The notes under the pieces were generated by a model that ran no database searches, was not told where the DNA came from, and was given only the letters and a program-made list of their open reading frames with translations. A program made the position numbers and the translations under genes. From an uncultured Parvularcula sp. (GTDB taxonomy: Bacteria > Pseudomonadota > Alphaproteobacteria > Caulobacterales > Parvularculaceae), in assembly GCA_963922235.1 (NCBI GenBank), contig CAWUIJ010000001.1, forward strand, positions 1 to 54,456: a stretch of DNA of 54,456 bases, read 5' to 3'. Below, one piece after another: positions 28,503 through 39,912 of the stretch (position 1 is the stretch's first letter; each line of letters starts with the position of its first letter).

Positions 28503-29873
28503 ATGACTGCGCGGGTTCTCGTCGTTGATGACCTCGAGCCAAACGTTAAGCTTCTGGAAGCGAAGCTGCGTGCTGAGTATTTCGAAGTTCTGACAGCGCT
28601 CTCAGGGCAAGAAGCTATTGAAATTGCTGAAGAGCAACAGCCTGATATTGTTCTTCTCGATGTCATGATGCCAGGCCTTGATGGGTTCGAAACTTGCCAG
28701 CGGCTCAAGGGAAGTGACGCTACCTGGCATATTCCCGTGGTGATGGTCACCGCTCTCGACCAGCAGGCGGACCGAGTCGCAGGCTTGAACGCGGGCGCGG
28801 ACGATTTTCTCACCAAGCCTGTTCAAGACATTGCGCTTTTTGCACGTGTCCGAAGCTTAACCCGCTACAAACAGATGACGGACGAGCTCCGCCATCGCCA
28901 CCAGGCGGGCGCCCGGATGGGTGTTCTGAACAAAGCCGACCTGACCCAATACGATTCGAAAGAAGCGACGATTCTCGCGGTCACTGACCAACCTTCGATT
29001 CCTGAGCTCGAAAACGGCTCAGAGCATATGCCGAGCCAAGTCTCGGTGATCTATGAAAGCGATGGCCGGATGGCGCTGGAAGCGATTCGCCGCGGTGAGC
29101 CTGACCTTGTGCTGATGGATCTTGGGCTTTCGACCTATGATCCTCTCCGCCTCTGCTCAGCGATTCGCGCTTTCGACATGACTCGCCTCGCCCCGCTTTT
29201 GGCCGTCGCAGGGCCGGAAGAGACGCGCATGGTTGTGCGTGCGCTTGATCTGGGTGTGTCGGACTATTTGATGAAGCCGATCGATTCGCAGGAGCTTGCT
29301 GCGCGTGTGCGGACACAGATCCGCCGCATGCGTTATATCGAGCACCTTCGAGCATCATTCGATGAAACACTCGAACTGGCGATCACGGATCAGTTGACGG
29401 GGCTCTACAACCGCCGTTTCTTGGCGACGCAAGGTCCGAAGCTTCTTGATGACGCTCGGAGTGATGACGATGATCTGACGTGTTTGATGATCGATATCGA
29501 TCACTTCAAGCGCGTGAACGACACCTACGGTCACGACGCTGGCGACGAAGTTCTCAAAGAGATTTCTGGTCGTCTGACAACATCCATCCGGGGCGCTGAT
29601 CTTGCCTGCCGTACAGGCGGCGAAGAATTCGTGCTTCTGATGCCAAAGACACCCAAAAACGCAGCTCATCTGATTGCTGAACGTTTGCGCGCCGCTGTAG
29701 AGGCCGAAGCTGTGACGATTCCAAGTGGTGAAGAGATCAATGTGACGGTCTCGATTGGCGTCTCGAGCTTTATGATCACCGACTCGTTGGCTGCGGTTCT
29801 GAAGCGTGCTGACGAAGCGCTCTACAGAGCCAAAGAGTCCGGCCGCAACCGTGTGATCGACGAGGCTGCGTAA
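28503..29873 (+). CDS. pleD: Response-regulator diguanylate cyclase PleD
   Basis: MTARVLVVDD..PNVKLLEAKL, tandem REC domains, RGAD I-site, GGEEF. Confidence 0.97.
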   Translation: MTARVLVVDDLEPNVKLLEAKLRAEYFEVLTALSGQEAIEIAEEQQPDIVLLDVMMPGLDGFETCQRLKGSDATWHIPVVMVTALDQQADRVAGLNAGADDFLTKPVQDIALFARVRSLTRYKQMTDELRHRHQAGARMGVLNKADLTQYDSKEATILAVTDQPSIPELENGSEHMPSQVSVIYESDGRMALEAIRRGEPDLVLMDLGLSTYDPLRLCSAIRAFDMTRLAPLLAVAGPEETRMVVRALDLGVSDYLMKPIDSQELAARVRTQIRRMRYIEHLRASFDETLELAITDQLTGLYNRRFLATQGPKLLDDARSDDDDLTCLMIDIDHFKRVNDTYGHDAGDEVLKEISGRLTTSIRGADLACRTGGEEFVLLMPKTPKNAAHLIAERLRAAVEAEAVTIPSGEEINVTVSIGVSSFMITDSLAAVLKRADEALYRAKESGRNRVIDEAA

Positions 29874-29906
29874 AAAAGCCCGCCGGAGGGGTGACCTCCG
29901 ACGGGC
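29872..29906 (-). terminator. Intrinsic terminator of glnA (possibly shared with pleD)
   Basis: AAAAAA-GCCCGCCGGAGG-GGTGA-CCTCCGACGGGC hairpin between convergent genes. Confidence 0.8.
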
Positions 29907-29927
29907 AATTGCAGATCGAAGCAGGGC

Positions 29928-31334
29928 TTAGCTGCTGTAATACATGTCGAATTCGACGGGGTGTGGCGTCTGGTTATAGCGCGACACTTCTTCTTCCTTC
30001 AGCTCAAGATAGCCGTTGATTTGGTCGTCGTTGAAGACGTTGCCTTTGGTCAGGAACGCGCGATCTTTATCGAGAGCTTCGAGCGACATTTCGAGCGAGC
30101 TTGATACAGTCGGCACGTCGCGAAGTTCAGCATCGCTCAGTGCGTAGAGATCGTCTTCCATCGGATCACCTGGGTGGATCTTGTTCTCGATACCGTCGAG
30201 ACCCGCCATCAGGAGAGCGGTGAAGGTGAGGTAAGGGTTACCTGCTGCATCAGGGAAACGAGTCTCGATGCGCTTAGCCTTCGGCGAGCTGACCCACGGA
30301 ATACGGACGGATGCGGAGCGGTTCCGTGATGAGTAAGCCAGGATCACAGGCGCTTCAAAGCCTGGGATGAGGCGCTTGTAGCTGTTGGTCGTCGAGTTCG
30401 CGAAAGCGTTGATCGCCCGTGCGTGCTTAATGATCCCGCCGATATAGTGCAGGCAGGTTTCGCTCAGGCCCGTGTATCCGTCACCGGCAAAGATCGTGTT
30501 GTCGTCTTTCCAGATTGACTGGTGGACATGCATGCCTGAGCCGTTGTCGTTGTAGACTGGCTTCGGCATGAAGGTCGCTGTTTTGCCGAAGCTGTCAGCA
30601 ACCTGCTGGACCACGTATTTGTAGATCTGCAGGTGGTCAGCGATTTTCGTCAGTGTATTGAACTTGATGCCAAGCTCGTGCTGCGAAGGCGCCACCTCAT
30701 GGTGATGCTTCTCGGTCTCGAGGCCCATCTCGTTCATATAGGCGATCATCTCTGAACGCATGTCTTGTTCGCTATCGACAGGAGGAACCGGGAAGTAACC
30801 GCCCTTGGCCCGTGGACGGTGGCCAAGGTTTCCGCCTTCCATCGGCGTGTCCATGTTGTAGGGACCTTCGCCGCTATCGATGGAGAAACCAATATTGTCC
30901 TGGGACGTCGAAATCAGCACGTCTTCGAAAACAAAGAACTCTGCTTCCGGACCAAAGAACGCTGCGTCACCGATACCGGAGCTTTTGAGGTAGGCCTCAG
31001 CAGCTTTCGCCGTGGAGCGTGGGTCACGGTTGTAAGGCGACATATCTTCAGGCTCGAGGATGTCGCAGGTCAGGGACAGCGTGCGGGCCTGGAAGAAGGG
31101 ATCAATGATGGCGGTGTCAGGATCCGGCATCAGGACCATGTCACTTTCGTTGATCGGTTTCCAACCAGCAATGGACGAACCGTCAAACATCGAGCCATTC
31201 TCGAAGAAACCTTCGTCGATCTGACCCTTATCGAAGGTGACGTGCTGCCATTTTCCGCGCGTGTCGGTGAACCGGAGGTCGACAAACTGGATGTCGTCGT
31301 CCTTGATCAATTTGAGGACGTTTTCAGCGGTCAT
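29928..31334 (-). CDS. glnA: Glutamine synthetase type I
   Basis: FDGSSI, HHHEVA, TFMPKP...[15 protein letters not shown]; start MTAENV after AAGGA. Confidence 0.99.
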   Translation of the reverse strand: MTAENVLKLIKDDDIQFVDLRFTDTRGKWQHVTFDKGQIDEGFFENGSMFDGSSIAGWKPINESDMVLMPDPDTAIIDPFFQARTLSLTCDILEPEDMSPYNRDPRSTAKAAEAYLKSSGIGDAAFFGPEAEFFVFEDVLISTSQDNIGFSIDSGEGPYNMDTPMEGGNLGHRPRAKGGYFPVPPVDSEQDMRSEMIAYMNEMGLETEKHHHEVAPSQHELGIKFNTLTKIADHLQIYKYVVQQVADSFGKTATFMPKPVYNDNGSGMHVHQSIWKDDNTIFAGDGYTGLSETCLHYIGGIIKHARAINAFANSTTNSYKRLIPGFEAPVILAYSSRNRSASVRIPWVSSPKAKRIETRFPDAAGNPYLTFTALLMAGLDGIENKIHPGDPMEDDLYALSDAELRDVPTVSSSLEMSLEALDKDRAFLTKGNVFNDDQINGYLELKEEEVSRYNQTPHPVEFDMYYSS

Positions 31335-31433
31335 GGAGCTTTTTTCCTTTATAACAATGTTGCGCCGCACATGAGGCCAGGTTCGCCTCAGACGCAAGAC
31401 GAAACATGCTTTTAGCTGAATCTTGCGCGAAAT

Positions 31434-32033
31434 TCAGCCTTTTTGGCTGTTTCCGATCTTGGGCTCGCTGCCATCGAGCAGCCGCGCGATGTTCTCGCGA
31501 TGCCTGATGAAGATCAAAACCGTCATGAAAAGAACGGCTAAGAAGAGAACAACCTTGCCCGCGATAAGAAATGCGATGGGTGTCACCGTCGCCGCGAGAA
31601 GGGCGGCGAGGGACGAATAGCGCAGCATGAATGCCGTCCCGAGCCAGGTGATAGCGGCGACAAACAGCCCGATGGGCCAGAGAGCGAGCAGGGTGCCAAA
31701 GTAAGTCGCCACGCCTTTTCCGCCCTTGAAGCCCAAGAACACCGGGAAAAGATGGCCCAGGAAGGCTGAAGCGCCAGCGAGGGCCATAGCCATCGGATCG
31801 CCACTGGTGACGGTCGCAGCAATCAAGACCGCGATCGCCCCTTTGCCGCTGTCGAGTAGGAAGGTGGCTAAGGCGAGGTCCTTGCGTCCGGTCCGCAATA
31901 CATTGGTGGCGCCGATATTGCCTGAGCCAATGTCGCGGATGTCGCCCAGTCCAGCCGTTCGTACAATGACGAGGCCAAACGGTATCGCACCCAAGAGATA
32001 TGACAAGACAACAATAAGGAGGATGGTGATCAT
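31434..32033 (-). CDS. plsY: Glycerol-3-phosphate acyltransferase PlsY
   Basis: GSGNIGATNVLR, GHLFP..FKGGKGVAT, RHRENIARL. Confidence 0.98.
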   Translation of the reverse strand: MITILLIVVLSYLLGAIPFGLVIVRTAGLGDIRDIGSGNIGATNVLRTGRKDLALATFLLDSGKGAIAVLIAATVTSGDPMAMALAGASAFLGHLFPVFLGFKGGKGVATYFGTLLALWPIGLFVAAITWLGTAFMLRYSSLAALLAATVTPIAFLIAGKVVLFLAVLFMTVLIFIRHRENIARLLDGSEPKIGNSQKG

Positions 32034-32977
32034 AGCGAGGCGGCGAACTCCAAAACGGCCATGCGGGTCGGAACGCCCATAGCGACTTGTTTGAGGATCA
32101 GCGAGCGGTCAGGGTGATCAGCTATGTTGCCATCGATCTCAACGCCCCGGTTCATAGGTCCCGGATGCATCACCAGCGCCGTTGGCTTGGCAAGGCTCAA
32201 AGATTCCGATGTCACGCCATAGTCCGAGCGATAAGCCACCTGATCGACCGATGCGTCTGCGCTCAGACGCTCGAGCTGAATCCTCAGTGTCATGATGATA
32301 TCAGCGTCTTTGAACGCGGCCTTTTGGTCCTTCGTCATCGACGCAACGCCTTGCGGCGCTTGATCAGGGAGCATCTCGCCAGGCCCGCAATAGCGAACCT
32401 CGGCGCCGAGCCGGGCGAAGAGCGGTGCGCATGAGGCAGCCACGCGGCTGTGCAGGAGGTCACCGACAATGGTGATCGTGAGGCCTTCGAGACCTGTCTC
32501 TGGTGTCCTTCCTAGGGCCTTGAGGATCGTCGCGGCGTCAAGCAAGGCTTGGGTCGGGTGGCCAAAGGCGCCTTCGCCGGCATTGATGATCGCGGTGCTC
32601 AATCCGTGCTCTTCGACAGCCTTTCGAGCAGCATCAATCGTTCCGGCGCCACCTGCGCGCAGCACCATGAAGTCGGCGCCCTGGGCACAAAGGGTGAGGA
32701 CCGTATCACGCACCGATTCCCCTTTGTGTACGGAGGAAGCCGCCACAGGAACCGTGACCACATGGGCACCCATCCGCATCCCAGCGACCGCAAAGCTCAG
32801 GCTCGTACGGGTTGAATTCTCATAGAAGAGGTTGAAAAGGAGGCGGTTTTGAAGAGGGCTGTCGAGATGATGACCGGCCTCGAGGGCGGCATCGATAGCA
32901 AGTGTCCTCGTCAGAATCTGACGAATATCCGCATCGCTGAGGGCATCGATCCCGGTGAGATGGTTCACAGCGCACAT
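32030..32977 (-). CDS. pyrB: Aspartate carbamoyltransferase catalytic subunit
   Basis: [30 protein letters not shown]. Confidence 0.98.
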   Translation of the reverse strand: MCAVNHLTGIDALSDADIRQILTRTLAIDAALEAGHHLDSPLQNRLLFNLFYENSTRTSLSFAVAGMRMGAHVVTVPVAASSVHKGESVRDTVLTLCAQGADFMVLRAGGAGTIDAARKAVEEHGLSTAIINAGEGAFGHPTQALLDAATILKALGRTPETGLEGLTITIVGDLLHSRVAASCAPLFARLGAEVRYCGPGEMLPDQAPQGVASMTKDQKAAFKDADIIMTLRIQLERLSADASVDQVAYRSDYGVTSESLSLAKPTALVMHPGPMNRGVEIDGNIADHPDRSLILKQVAMGVPTRMAVLEFAASL

Positions 32978-33435
32978 CCTCTTCTCAGCTCGGCCAGCCT
33001 CGCCAGAGCTCCTTCGAGAATGAAGCTCGCCGCGTGGCTGTCGATCACCGCTGCCCGTTTCGCCCGGGAGACGTCAAGGTCTATGAGGTGCCGCTCGGCG
33101 GCGGCAGTGGACATTCGCTCGTCCCAGAAGACGATAGGAAGGTCCGTCTTGCCCGCGAGATTTTTCGAGAATGTCTTGGTGGCCTGCACCCGGGGGCCAT
33201 CGGTCCCGTCCATGTTGCGCGGCAAGCCCAGGACAAAGCCAATGGCGCCGCGCTCTTCGGCCATGGTCAAAAGCGTTTGGGCGTCGGCCGTGAACTTCGT
33301 GCGCTTGATCGTGGTGACGGGGGTCGCCAAGGTTTGGCGGGGATCTGAGACAGCAACGCCAATGGTTTTCACTCCAAGATCGAGCCCGATGAGCGCTCCC
33401 TCCTTGTCCGTGAAATGGTCAATGCTCTTTGCCAT
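32965..33435 (-). CDS. ruvX: Holliday junction resolvase-like protein RuvX/YqgF
   Basis: [36 protein letters not shown]. Confidence 0.96.
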   Translation of the reverse strand: MAKSIDHFTDKEGALIGLDLGVKTIGVAVSDPRQTLATPVTTIKRTKFTADAQTLLTMAEERGAIGFVLGLPRNMDGTDGPRVQATKTFSKNLAGKTDLPIVFWDERMSTAAAERHLIDLDVSRAKRAAVIDSHAASFILEGALARLAELRRGCAL

Positions 33436-34162
33436 GGTTGCCCTTGTGATGCTCATCGCCGGGAATGCAAGCGCTGCGGTCCCTGCATGGACAAAGCGGG
33501 CCACCGACGAGGTGGTTCCTGCGATCCTCGAAGCCCTTGAACTCGAGGAACCGCCGCGAATCACCTTGCGGTGGAAACAAGGGGATCATCCTCCGGGCGC
33601 GCGGATCATTCAGTCCCAAACCTTTGGCGACGAAATCCTGATTGGGCTCGAAGGTTCCTGGCGTGAGGCTTCAGAAGAGGCGCGATCTCAGCTTGTCCGG
33701 AACCTCGCGCATGAGATCGCCCATGTCTGGCAATGGAAGATGGGCAATCCGATCGAGCCTCGCATTCTCCATGAAGGGTTCGCTGAAGCGATTGCCATCG
33801 ATGTACTTGTGAGGTGCCGTGAGATCTGCCGCGCGAGTCCCGAGCGATTGATGATTAGGCTGGAAAACCAGTGCCGCGACGCCCTCCGGCGAGGGATTGT
33901 GGGTGTGCAGGGTCAGACCGATGCGGTCTATGGCTGCGGCGGGGTGCTGACCGACGGAATGGCCGTGGCAGCGCAGCTTTCGCCGCAGGAGCTTTACCGG
34001 CGTTACGCAACGACCGGGCGCTCGATCGGTGATTTCTTGGAATTGATGGAAGAGCTCGCCGGGAGTCACTTCGCGCTCAGCGCAAAGACGTTTCTCACCG
34101 CCGATTTCCGCATGGCGTCGCCCTCAACCACGATGGGGCGGCTTCGTGCTGGACGTCTCTAA
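33410..34162 (+). CDS. Putative secreted gluzincin metallopeptidase (start 33410, 33422 or 33434)
   Basis: Signal-peptide-like [22 protein letters not shown]; HEIAH plus downstream EGFAE third-ligand motif. Confidence 0.7.
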   Translation: MKWSMLFAMVALVMLIAGNASAAVPAWTKRATDEVVPAILEALELEEPPRITLRWKQGDHPPGARIIQSQTFGDEILIGLEGSWREASEEARSQLVRNLAHEIAHVWQWKMGNPIEPRILHEGFAEAIAIDVLVRCREICRASPERLMIRLENQCRDALRRGIVGVQGQTDAVYGCGGVLTDGMAVAAQLSPQELYRRYATTGRSIGDFLELMEELAGSHFALSAKTFLTADFRMASPSTTMGRLRAGRL

Positions 34163-34186
34163 TCGCCGCTGATACTGCGGTCGGCC

Positions 34187-34486
34187 ATGAGCCTAGACGA
34201 AGCCACAGTCCGCAAAGTTGCCAAACTCGCTCGCATTGCGATGAGCGATGAGGAAATCACGCCTCTCATTGGAGAGCTCAACGGTATCATCGATTGGATC
34301 GAGCAGCTCCAAGAGGTGGACATCGAAGGTGTGGAGGCCATGACCTCCTCCGTCGATGTCGCTCTTCCGATGCGACCCGATACGCTGACCCACGACGAAA
34401 CCGGCGGCGGCAAACCCGACCAGATCGTTGCCAATGCACCGAAGACGGAAGATCACTTCTTTGTCGTGCCGAAGGTGGTAGAATAA
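34187..34486 (+). CDS. gatC: Asp/Glu-tRNA amidotransferase subunit C
   Basis: [10 protein letters not shown]...FFVVPKVVE. Confidence 0.97.
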   Translation: MSLDEATVRKVAKLARIAMSDEEITPLIGELNGIIDWIEQLQEVDIEGVEAMTSSVDVALPMRPDTLTHDETGGGKPDQIVANAPKTEDHFFVVPKVVE

Positions 34487-35964
34487 TGACAGACCTGACG
34501 AGTTTGAAGCTGGCCGCGCTTCGCGACGGGCTGGCCAAGAAAGACTTTACCGCGACGGAAGCCACGAACGCTTATCTCGAGCGTGCCGAGGCTTCGGGGC
34601 CGCTGAACGCCTTTGTGCGTCTGACCGCTGAAAAGGCGCAGGACCAGGCCAAGGCGTCTGATGAACGGATTGCAGGCGGTGAAGCGCGTCCGCTCGAAGG
34701 TGTGCCGCTGGGGATCAAGGATCTTTTCTGTACGGAAGGGACGCCCACCAACGCGTCGAGCAAAATCCTTGAGGGCTTCACGCCAACTTATGAGTCGACG
34801 GTTTCCGGCAATCTCAAGAACGACGGTGCGGTCTTCCTGGGTAAGCTCAACCTCGATGAGTTTGCCATGGGTTCGTCGAATGAGACATCCTGTCATGGAC
34901 CCGTGATCAACCCTTGGCGCCGTCAGGGCGACGAGACCAAACTCACGCCAGGCGGCTCCTCTGGGGGATCAGCGGCTGCAGTCTCCGCAAGGCTCTGCGC
35001 GGCAGCGACGGCTACCGACACGGGCGGCTCGATTCGTCAGCCTGCGGCGCTGACCGGTACTGTCGGTATCAAGCCCACCTATGGCCGGTGCTCCCGGTTT
35101 GGCATTGTCGCCTTTGCGAGTTCGCTCGATCAGGCAGGCCCGATCGCGCGGGACGTGCGTGATGCTGCCATCATGCTGACATCGATGGCGAGCTACGATC
35201 CGAAGGATTCCACATCAATCGATCGTCCGGTTCCGGATTATGAAAAGGCACTTGAAGGCGGGGTGAAGGGTCTCAAGATTGGGATCCCGAAAGAGTATCG
35301 CCTCGACGGCATGCCTTCAGAGATCGATGCGCTTTGGCAAAAGGGCGCTGATCTCTTGAAAGAGCAGGGTGCGGAGATTGTTGAGGTCTCGCTACCGCTG
35401 ACGAAATACGCGCTTCCCGTTTATTATATCGTCGCTCCGGCAGAGGCGTCATCGAACCTCGCGCGCTATGACGGTATCCGTTACGGTCAGCGGGTCCATG
35501 ACGATGACATTAACGAGCTTTATGCCAAAACCCGCGGCGAAGGCTTTGGTGCCGAAGTCAAACGCCGGCTGATGATCGGTACTTATGTTCTGTCCGCTGG
35601 TTATTACGATGCCTATTACCTCCGCGCCCAGCGTGTGCGGAAGAAAATTGCGATGGAGCTGGCGGATGCGTTCGAGAAGGTCGATCTTCTTCTCACACCT
35701 TCCTCGCCATCGTCTGCTTTCGGGTTGGGTGAAAAGTCATCCGATCCGATCGAGATGTACTTGAATGACGTCTTTACGGTGACCGCCAACCTCGCCGGTG
35801 TCCCTGGCGTGTCGGTCCCGGCCGGCCTTGATGGCCAGGGCTTGCCCATGGGCCTTCAGCTTGTGGCGCCCGCTTTTGGTGAAGAGACAATGCTGCGCGG
35901 CGCCGCTGCGCTTGAAGAGGCGCTCGCTTTTGATGCGCAGCCCACGGAATGGTGGAAAGCATGA
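34486..35964 (+). CDS. gatA: Asp/Glu-tRNA amidotransferase subunit A
   Basis: [31 protein letters not shown]. Confidence 0.99.
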   Translation: MTDLTSLKLAALRDGLAKKDFTATEATNAYLERAEASGPLNAFVRLTAEKAQDQAKASDERIAGGEARPLEGVPLGIKDLFCTEGTPTNASSKILEGFTPTYESTVSGNLKNDGAVFLGKLNLDEFAMGSSNETSCHGPVINPWRRQGDETKLTPGGSSGGSAAAVSARLCAAATATDTGGSIRQPAALTGTVGIKPTYGRCSRFGIVAFASSLDQAGPIARDVRDAAIMLTSMASYDPKDSTSIDRPVPDYEKALEGGVKGLKIGIPKEYRLDGMPSEIDALWQKGADLLKEQGAEIVEVSLPLTKYALPVYYIVAPAEASSNLARYDGIRYGQRVHDDDINELYAKTRGEGFGAEVKRRLMIGTYVLSAGYYDAYYLRAQRVRKKIAMELADAFEKVDLLLTPSSPSSAFGLGEKSSDPIEMYLNDVFTVTANLAGVPGVSVPAGLDGQGLPMGLQLVAPAFGEETMLRGAAALEEALAFDAQPTEWWKA

Positions 35965-37457
35965 CCGAACGAAGCAACCTGCTCCGCGGTGAGACCGGTG
36001 ACTGGGAAGTCGTGATTGGTCTTGAGGTCCACGCCCAGGTCTCAAGCGTCACCAAGCTCTTTTCAGGCTCTTCCGCTGAATATGGCGCGGGGCCGAATGA
36101 AAATGTCAGCCTCGTTGATGCGGCGATGCCTGGGATGCTCCCAGTGATCAACAGCTTCTGCGTGGACCAAGCGATCCGCACAGGGCTTGGCCTTAATGCA
36201 AAGATCAATCTCTGGTCGAGGTTTGATCGGAAGAATTATTTCTACCCTGACCTTCCCCAAGGCTATCAGATCTCACAGTACAAAGATCCGATCGTCGGTG
36301 AGGGCGAAATCGAGGTCGAGCTCGACGCCGAACGCACGATCAAGGTGGGGATCGAGCGTTTGCACCTTGAGCAAGACGCTGGCAAATCCGTGCACGATCT
36401 TGCTCCGAAGGAAAGCTATGTCGACCTGAACCGCTCTGGTGTGGCGCTCATGGAGATTGTCTCCAAGCCCGAGATGCGTTCAGCAGAAGAGGCTTCGGCG
36501 TATTTCTCCAAACTTCGGACCATTGTCCGGTACCTCGGGACCTGTGACGGGAACATGGACCAGGGCTCAATGCGCGCCGATGTGAATGTGTCTGTCTGCC
36601 GTGCGGGCAACTATCAAAAGTTCGTTGAGACGGGCGATTTCTCTCATCTGGGTACACGGACAGAAACAAAGAACGTGAACTCGATCCGCTTCGTGCGTCA
36701 GGTCGTCGATTACGAAGCTCGCCGGCAGATCCAAGTGCTGGAAGCGGGCGGAACGATTGATCAGGAAACCCGGCTTTTCGATGTGAAGACGGGCGAGACC
36801 AAGACCATGCGCTCGAAAGAAGACGCGCATGACTATCGCTATTTCCCTGATCCCGACCTTCTGCCGCTCGCTTTCACGCAAGAGCATGTCGATGAGATCG
36901 CGGCGTCTTTGCCGGAACTGCCTGACGCTAAGAAACATCGCTTCGTTGAGAGCTATGGCCTCTCCCCCTATGACGCGTCCGTCTTGGTGATGGATAAGGC
37001 GAAGGCAGATTATTTTGAGGATGTGGCCAAAGGGCGTGACGGAAAGCTCGCGGCCAATTGGGTGACAACCGAGCTCTTCGGTGTTCTGAACAAACTTGAC
37101 AAGACAATCGATGAATCGCCTGTGTCTGCGGGGCAGCTCGGCGGCTTGATCGATCTCATCCAAGACCAAACGATCTCCGGCAAGATTGCCAAGCAGATCT
37201 TTGAGATCATGCTCGAAGAGGGCGGCGATCCAAAGGAGATCGTCGAGGCTCGCGGTTTGAAGCAGGTCACGGACACAGGTGCTCTCGAGGCAGCGGCGGA
37301 TAAGATCATTGCTGCGAACCCGGAGCAAGTCGCCAAGGTCAAGGACAAGCCAAAGGCGCTAGGCTGGTTTGTCGGCCAGGTGATGAAAGAGACCGGCGGC
37401 AAGGCCAATCCGCAGGCTGTGAATGAGATCCTTAAAGCCAAGCTTGGCCTTGAGTGA
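35961..37457 (+). CDS. gatB: Asp/Glu-tRNA amidotransferase subunit B
   Basis: [28 protein letters not shown]. Confidence 0.99.
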   Translation: MTERSNLLRGETGDWEVVIGLEVHAQVSSVTKLFSGSSAEYGAGPNENVSLVDAAMPGMLPVINSFCVDQAIRTGLGLNAKINLWSRFDRKNYFYPDLPQGYQISQYKDPIVGEGEIEVELDAERTIKVGIERLHLEQDAGKSVHDLAPKESYVDLNRSGVALMEIVSKPEMRSAEEASAYFSKLRTIVRYLGTCDGNMDQGSMRADVNVSVCRAGNYQKFVETGDFSHLGTRTETKNVNSIRFVRQVVDYEARRQIQVLEAGGTIDQETRLFDVKTGETKTMRSKEDAHDYRYFPDPDLLPLAFTQEHVDEIAASLPELPDAKKHRFVESYGLSPYDASVLVMDKAKADYFEDVAKGRDGKLAANWVTTELFGVLNKLDKTIDESPVSAGQLGGLIDLIQDQTISGKIAKQIFEIMLEEGGDPKEIVEARGLKQVTDTGALEAAADKIIAANPEQVAKVKDKPKALGWFVGQVMKETGGKANPQAVNEILKAKLGLE

Positions 37458-37481
37458 TCGGCAAGAAGAGAAGGCGGCCTG

Positions 37482-38036
37482 ATGGCATCACGAACCTTTT
37501 CTCATCGCTTGGCGACCACGGACGATATCCCGGCCATCGATAAGCTGATCGAGGCATCGATTGTCGGGACGAATAATGGGCTGCTCAGTGAGAAAGATCT
37601 CACGGCAGCGCGTGAGACCATGGGCGTCGATCCGACGCTGATCGAAGACCAGACCTACTTTGTGATCGAAACCAAAGTCGATCATGCGACGGTGATGGTC
37701 GCTTGTGGGGGATGGGGAAAGCGGCGCACGCTTTATGGAGGTGCGCACACGGAAGGCCGTGATGACAGCTTCTCTGATCCAGCGACGGAGCCAGCGCGCA
37801 TTCGCGCGATGTTCACCCACCCTGATTGGGTGCGCTTGGGGATCGGCACGCTGCTTTTGAACCTCGGTGAAGATGCAGCGCGTCAGGCGGGTTATCAAAC
37901 CATCGAGCTTGGATCGACGGTCGCGGGCATTCCACTTTACGAGGCGCGAGGGTATAAGGACTTTCTCACCGAGGAAACACGCGGCGCCAATGGCGGTATC
38001 AAAACCGTCGTTCACATGCGAAAATCACTGGTCTGA
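37482..38036 (+). CDS. GNAT family N-acetyltransferase
   Basis: ARIRAMFTHPDWVRLGIG, PLYEARGY. Confidence 0.9.
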   Translation: MASRTFSHRLATTDDIPAIDKLIEASIVGTNNGLLSEKDLTAARETMGVDPTLIEDQTYFVIETKVDHATVMVACGGWGKRRTLYGGAHTEGRDDSFSDPATEPARIRAMFTHPDWVRLGIGTLLLNLGEDAARQAGYQTIELGSTVAGIPLYEARGYKDFLTEETRGANGGIKTVVHMRKSLV

Positions 38037-38867
38037 ACGAGGCGCTGTTTGCTCGGCAATCCGTTTGGCAAGGGAGACATAGCTCTCCACGGACACATTT
38101 TCCGCACGCGACTTTTCGTCAATCTCAACGTGTTCGAGCGTAGCGCTCAAGCGGTCACCCAAAATTCCCTTAAGGCTCTGGCGGAGCATTTTTCGGCGCT
38201 GCGTGAAGGCGGCTTGAGTCACGCGCTCTAAAACGCGCAAGTGCTCCGGCTTCCCATCATTTTCAAAGACGAGCACTGAGCTATCCACCTTCGGCGGCGG
38301 CGTGAAGGCGCGCGCGGGGAGGTGGAAGCCGAGCTTCGGCGTGCTGGCCGCCTGAGCAATGACGGAAAGACGGCCATAGGTTTTGCTTCCCGGCTCGGCC
38401 AGAATCCTGTCGCCAACTTCCCTTTGAAACATCAGTACCATGCGTTTCCAAAAACGCGGTTCTGCTGTGAGCCATTTGATCAAAAGCTCCGTCGAAATGT
38501 TGTAGGGAAGGTTCGAGGCGATGATCGTACCATTGGGAAGACCTAACGCCAGTTCATCAGCCTTCAGAGCATCATCTTCAATCGCGCGCAGGCGGCCCGT
38601 CGCCTCATGCAAGGCTTCCAACACCGGAGCGACGCGCCGGTCACGCTCGATCGCGACCACTTGCGCTCCCGTTTCGAGAAGTGCTCGGGTGAGGCCGCCG
38701 GGTCCGGGCCCGATTTCGAGGATCGTACTTTCGTCGCCAGCTTGGCAGAAGTTTGCAATCTTCCGTGTCAGGTTCAAGTCGAGCAAGAAGTGCTGTCCAA
38801 GCCCTTTTTTAGCGGCAAGGCCATGTTCCGTAATGACGTCCCGCAGCGGCGGGAGTTCCTCAAGCAC
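38025..38867 (-). CDS. rsmA: 16S rRNA dimethyltransferase RsmA/KsgA (start probably GTG at 38867)
   Basis: LGQHFL, EIGPGPG, NLPYNI, FTPPPKVDS, QRRKML. Confidence 0.98.
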   Translation of the reverse strand: MLEELPPLRDVITEHGLAAKKGLGQHFLLDLNLTRKIANFCQAGDESTILEIGPGPGGLTRALLETGAQVVAIERDRRVAPVLEALHEATGRLRAIEDDALKADELALGLPNGTIIASNLPYNISTELLIKWLTAEPRFWKRMVLMFQREVGDRILAEPGSKTYGRLSVIAQAASTPKLGFHLPARAFTPPPKVDSSVLVFENDGKPEHLRVLERVTQAAFTQRRKMLRQSLKGILGDRLSATLEHVEIDEKSRAENVSVESYVSLAKRIAEQTAPRSDQ

Positions 38868-39912
38868 GGACGCCCTCTCGGGCTCGGGCCATATCATTCG
38901 CCATTCGGATGGCGGCGATCAGGCTATCAGGTCGTGCCAATCCTTTCCCCGCGATATCAAGGCCTGTTCCATGATCCGGGGACGTCCGGACGATAGGCAA
39001 CCCAAGCGTGACATTGACGGCGTCGTGAAATGCGACGGTCTTGATCGGGATCAAGGCCTGGTCATGGTACATCGCCAGTGCGGCGTCATAGCGTTCGCGG
39101 GCTTCGGGGTGGAACATGGTATCAGCGGGCAGGGGGCCGACGGCATTGATCCCGCGATCCTGCAGCTCCCGAACAGCCTTGGCGACGACATCGCGATCCT
39201 CCGTCCCCATCCGACCGTCTTCGCCTGCATGGGGGTTGAGACCTGCCACAGCGATCCGGGGAGAGGGAAGACCGAAGTCCCCGGCAAGCGCTTGAGCCGT
39301 CACCAAGCCGCGCTCCACGATCAACGCGCTCGTGAGGGCCTCTGGTACGGCATTCAGCGCCATGTGAACCGTGACAGGAACAGCGCGAAAACTATCCGCC
39401 GCGAGCATCATGACAGGGCCGCGGGAGTGTCCCTCAGGCAAAGGCATGTTCGCGGTGAGGTCGCCCAAATACTCCGTGTGGCCAGGAAAACCGAAACCGG
39501 CTTCTTGGAGAGCCGACTTTTGAATGGGCAGGGTCACCAAAGCCCCCGCCTGTCCCTGCGCACAGGCCTTCGCACCCGCCTCGATAGACGCCGTCACCGC
39601 CGCGGCGGTGAACGCTTGCGGCTCGCCAAGGATGACGTTGCGCAGCGTCTCCAGAGGTTCCTCGGGCAAGCGCAGGACGGGGAGGCCTTGTGAGAATACG
39701 GAGGCGGCTTCCTCTGGAACTTTGATCTCGATCGCCCGGACACCGCCGCTGACCGTTTCAGGCAAAGCATTCAGGCGTGACGCATCGTCGATGGTGAAAA
39801 AGACGATGCCTTCATCCCGTAGATGCTCGTACGCCTTATAGAGAATTTCCGTACCAATACCAGCTGGCTCGCCCATGCTGATGGCCAAGGGGCGAGGCAG
39901 AGAGTGGCGCAT
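38860..39912 (-). CDS. pdxA: 4-hydroxythreonine-4-phosphate dehydrogenase
   Basis: GEPAGIG, FPGHTE, GLNPHAGE, MYHDQ, RTSPDHGT. Confidence 0.98.
   Translation of the reverse strand: MRHSLPRPLAISMGEPAGIGTEILYKAYEHLRDEGIVFFTIDDASRLNALPETVSGGVRAIEIKVPEEAASVFSQGLPVLRLPEEPLETLRNVILGEPQAFTAAAVTASIEAGAKACAQGQAGALVTLPIQKSALQEAGFGFPGHTEYLGDLTANMPLPEGHSRGPVMMLAADSFRAVPVTVHMALNAVPEALTSALIVERGLVTAQALAGDFGLPSPRIAVAGLNPHAGEDGRMGTEDRDVVAKAVRELQDRGINAVGPLPADTMFHPEARERYDAALAMYHDQALIPIKTVAFHDAVNVTLGLPIVRTSPDHGTGLDIAGKGLARPDSLIAAIRMANDMARAREGVRA

Noticed and set aside
32849-33409. Long N-terminal extension of the 437-aa ORF
   Set aside because: Antisense shadow of pyrB/ruvX; the credible protein starts at the signal peptide near 33410.
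38521-39693. 390-aa plus-strand ORF and other long antisense ORFs (e.g. 3387-4397, 22406-23323)
   Set aside because: They lie opposite well-conserved genes, show no motifs, and are expected in GC-rich DNA.
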